Shown: positions 19,458 to 19,646 of the stretch, piece after piece
How the letters are laid out: every line of letters begins with the position of its first letter
Numbering within the stretch: position 1 is the first letter of the stretch
From: Zygophlyctis sp. KS116
Taxonomy: Eukaryota > Fungi > Chytridiomycota
Assembly (NCBI GenBank): GCA_054661495.1
Contig: BAAFSQ010000187.1
Coordinates: 1-19,646 of the forward strand
Length of the DNA: 19,646 nucleotides
Reading direction: 5' to 3'
The notes under the pieces: generated by a model
Database searches by the model: none
What the model saw: only the letters and a program-made list of their open reading frames with translations
Told to the model about the DNA's origin: nothing
Translations under genes and position numbers: made by a program

Positions 19458-19646
19458 GGAAAAAGATTGGTTAATTCGGTAATATATTATTTACAAAATG
19501 CAGCATATAATGACCTAAATCGCTAGAATTTGTTAATTTATCAGTAAAATTTGTGTTTGGAGTCTAAAATTTTACTTGTTGAGCACACAAATTTACAATT
19601 TTCCTCCGGTTTCAAGTCGTGGATTTTAGTCGTAGGTTGTTTAACA

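Noticed and set aside
19544-19596. Imperfect inverted repeats (GTAAAATTTGTGT / ACACAAATTTAC) as MITE ends
   Set aside because: Short, AT-rich, no target-site duplication or second copy; compatible with chance.

Overview
AT-rich, very gene-dense eukaryotic nuclear DNA, most likely from a zoosporic fungus (chytrid-like). The evidence is a fungal RTT109, a GPI-type chitin deacetylase, the centriolar/ciliary gene TEX9 and a fungal-type 5S rRNA; the taxon is inferred, not proven. Many ORF-track fragments join into about 14 genes through 19 very short GT-AG introns (23-37 nt) that I resolved by hand. Order: 3' end of a PHD-finger protein (+), APC15-like microgene (-), chitin deacetylase (-), signal-peptide kinase (-), RTT109 (+), eIF4E2/4EHP (+), a 480-bp unexplained spacer, signal-peptide F-box/LRR protein (-), TEX9 (-), small membrane ORF (-), ataxin-3 (-), SRA1-domain protein (+), POT peptide transporter (-), SqdX/SQD2-like GT4 glycosyltransferase (-), SMPD4-like (-), a telomere-like compound minisatellite in a divergent promoter, TTI1 (+) and a solitary 5S rRNA gene (-). 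The most notable items are two apparently secreted proteins carrying intracellular domains, an F-box/LRR whose signal peptide lies in an exon the ORF track missed and a kinase (candidate host-directed effectors), and a telomere-like promoter motif amplified into a minisatellite. All family calls come from motif recognition, not database searches.
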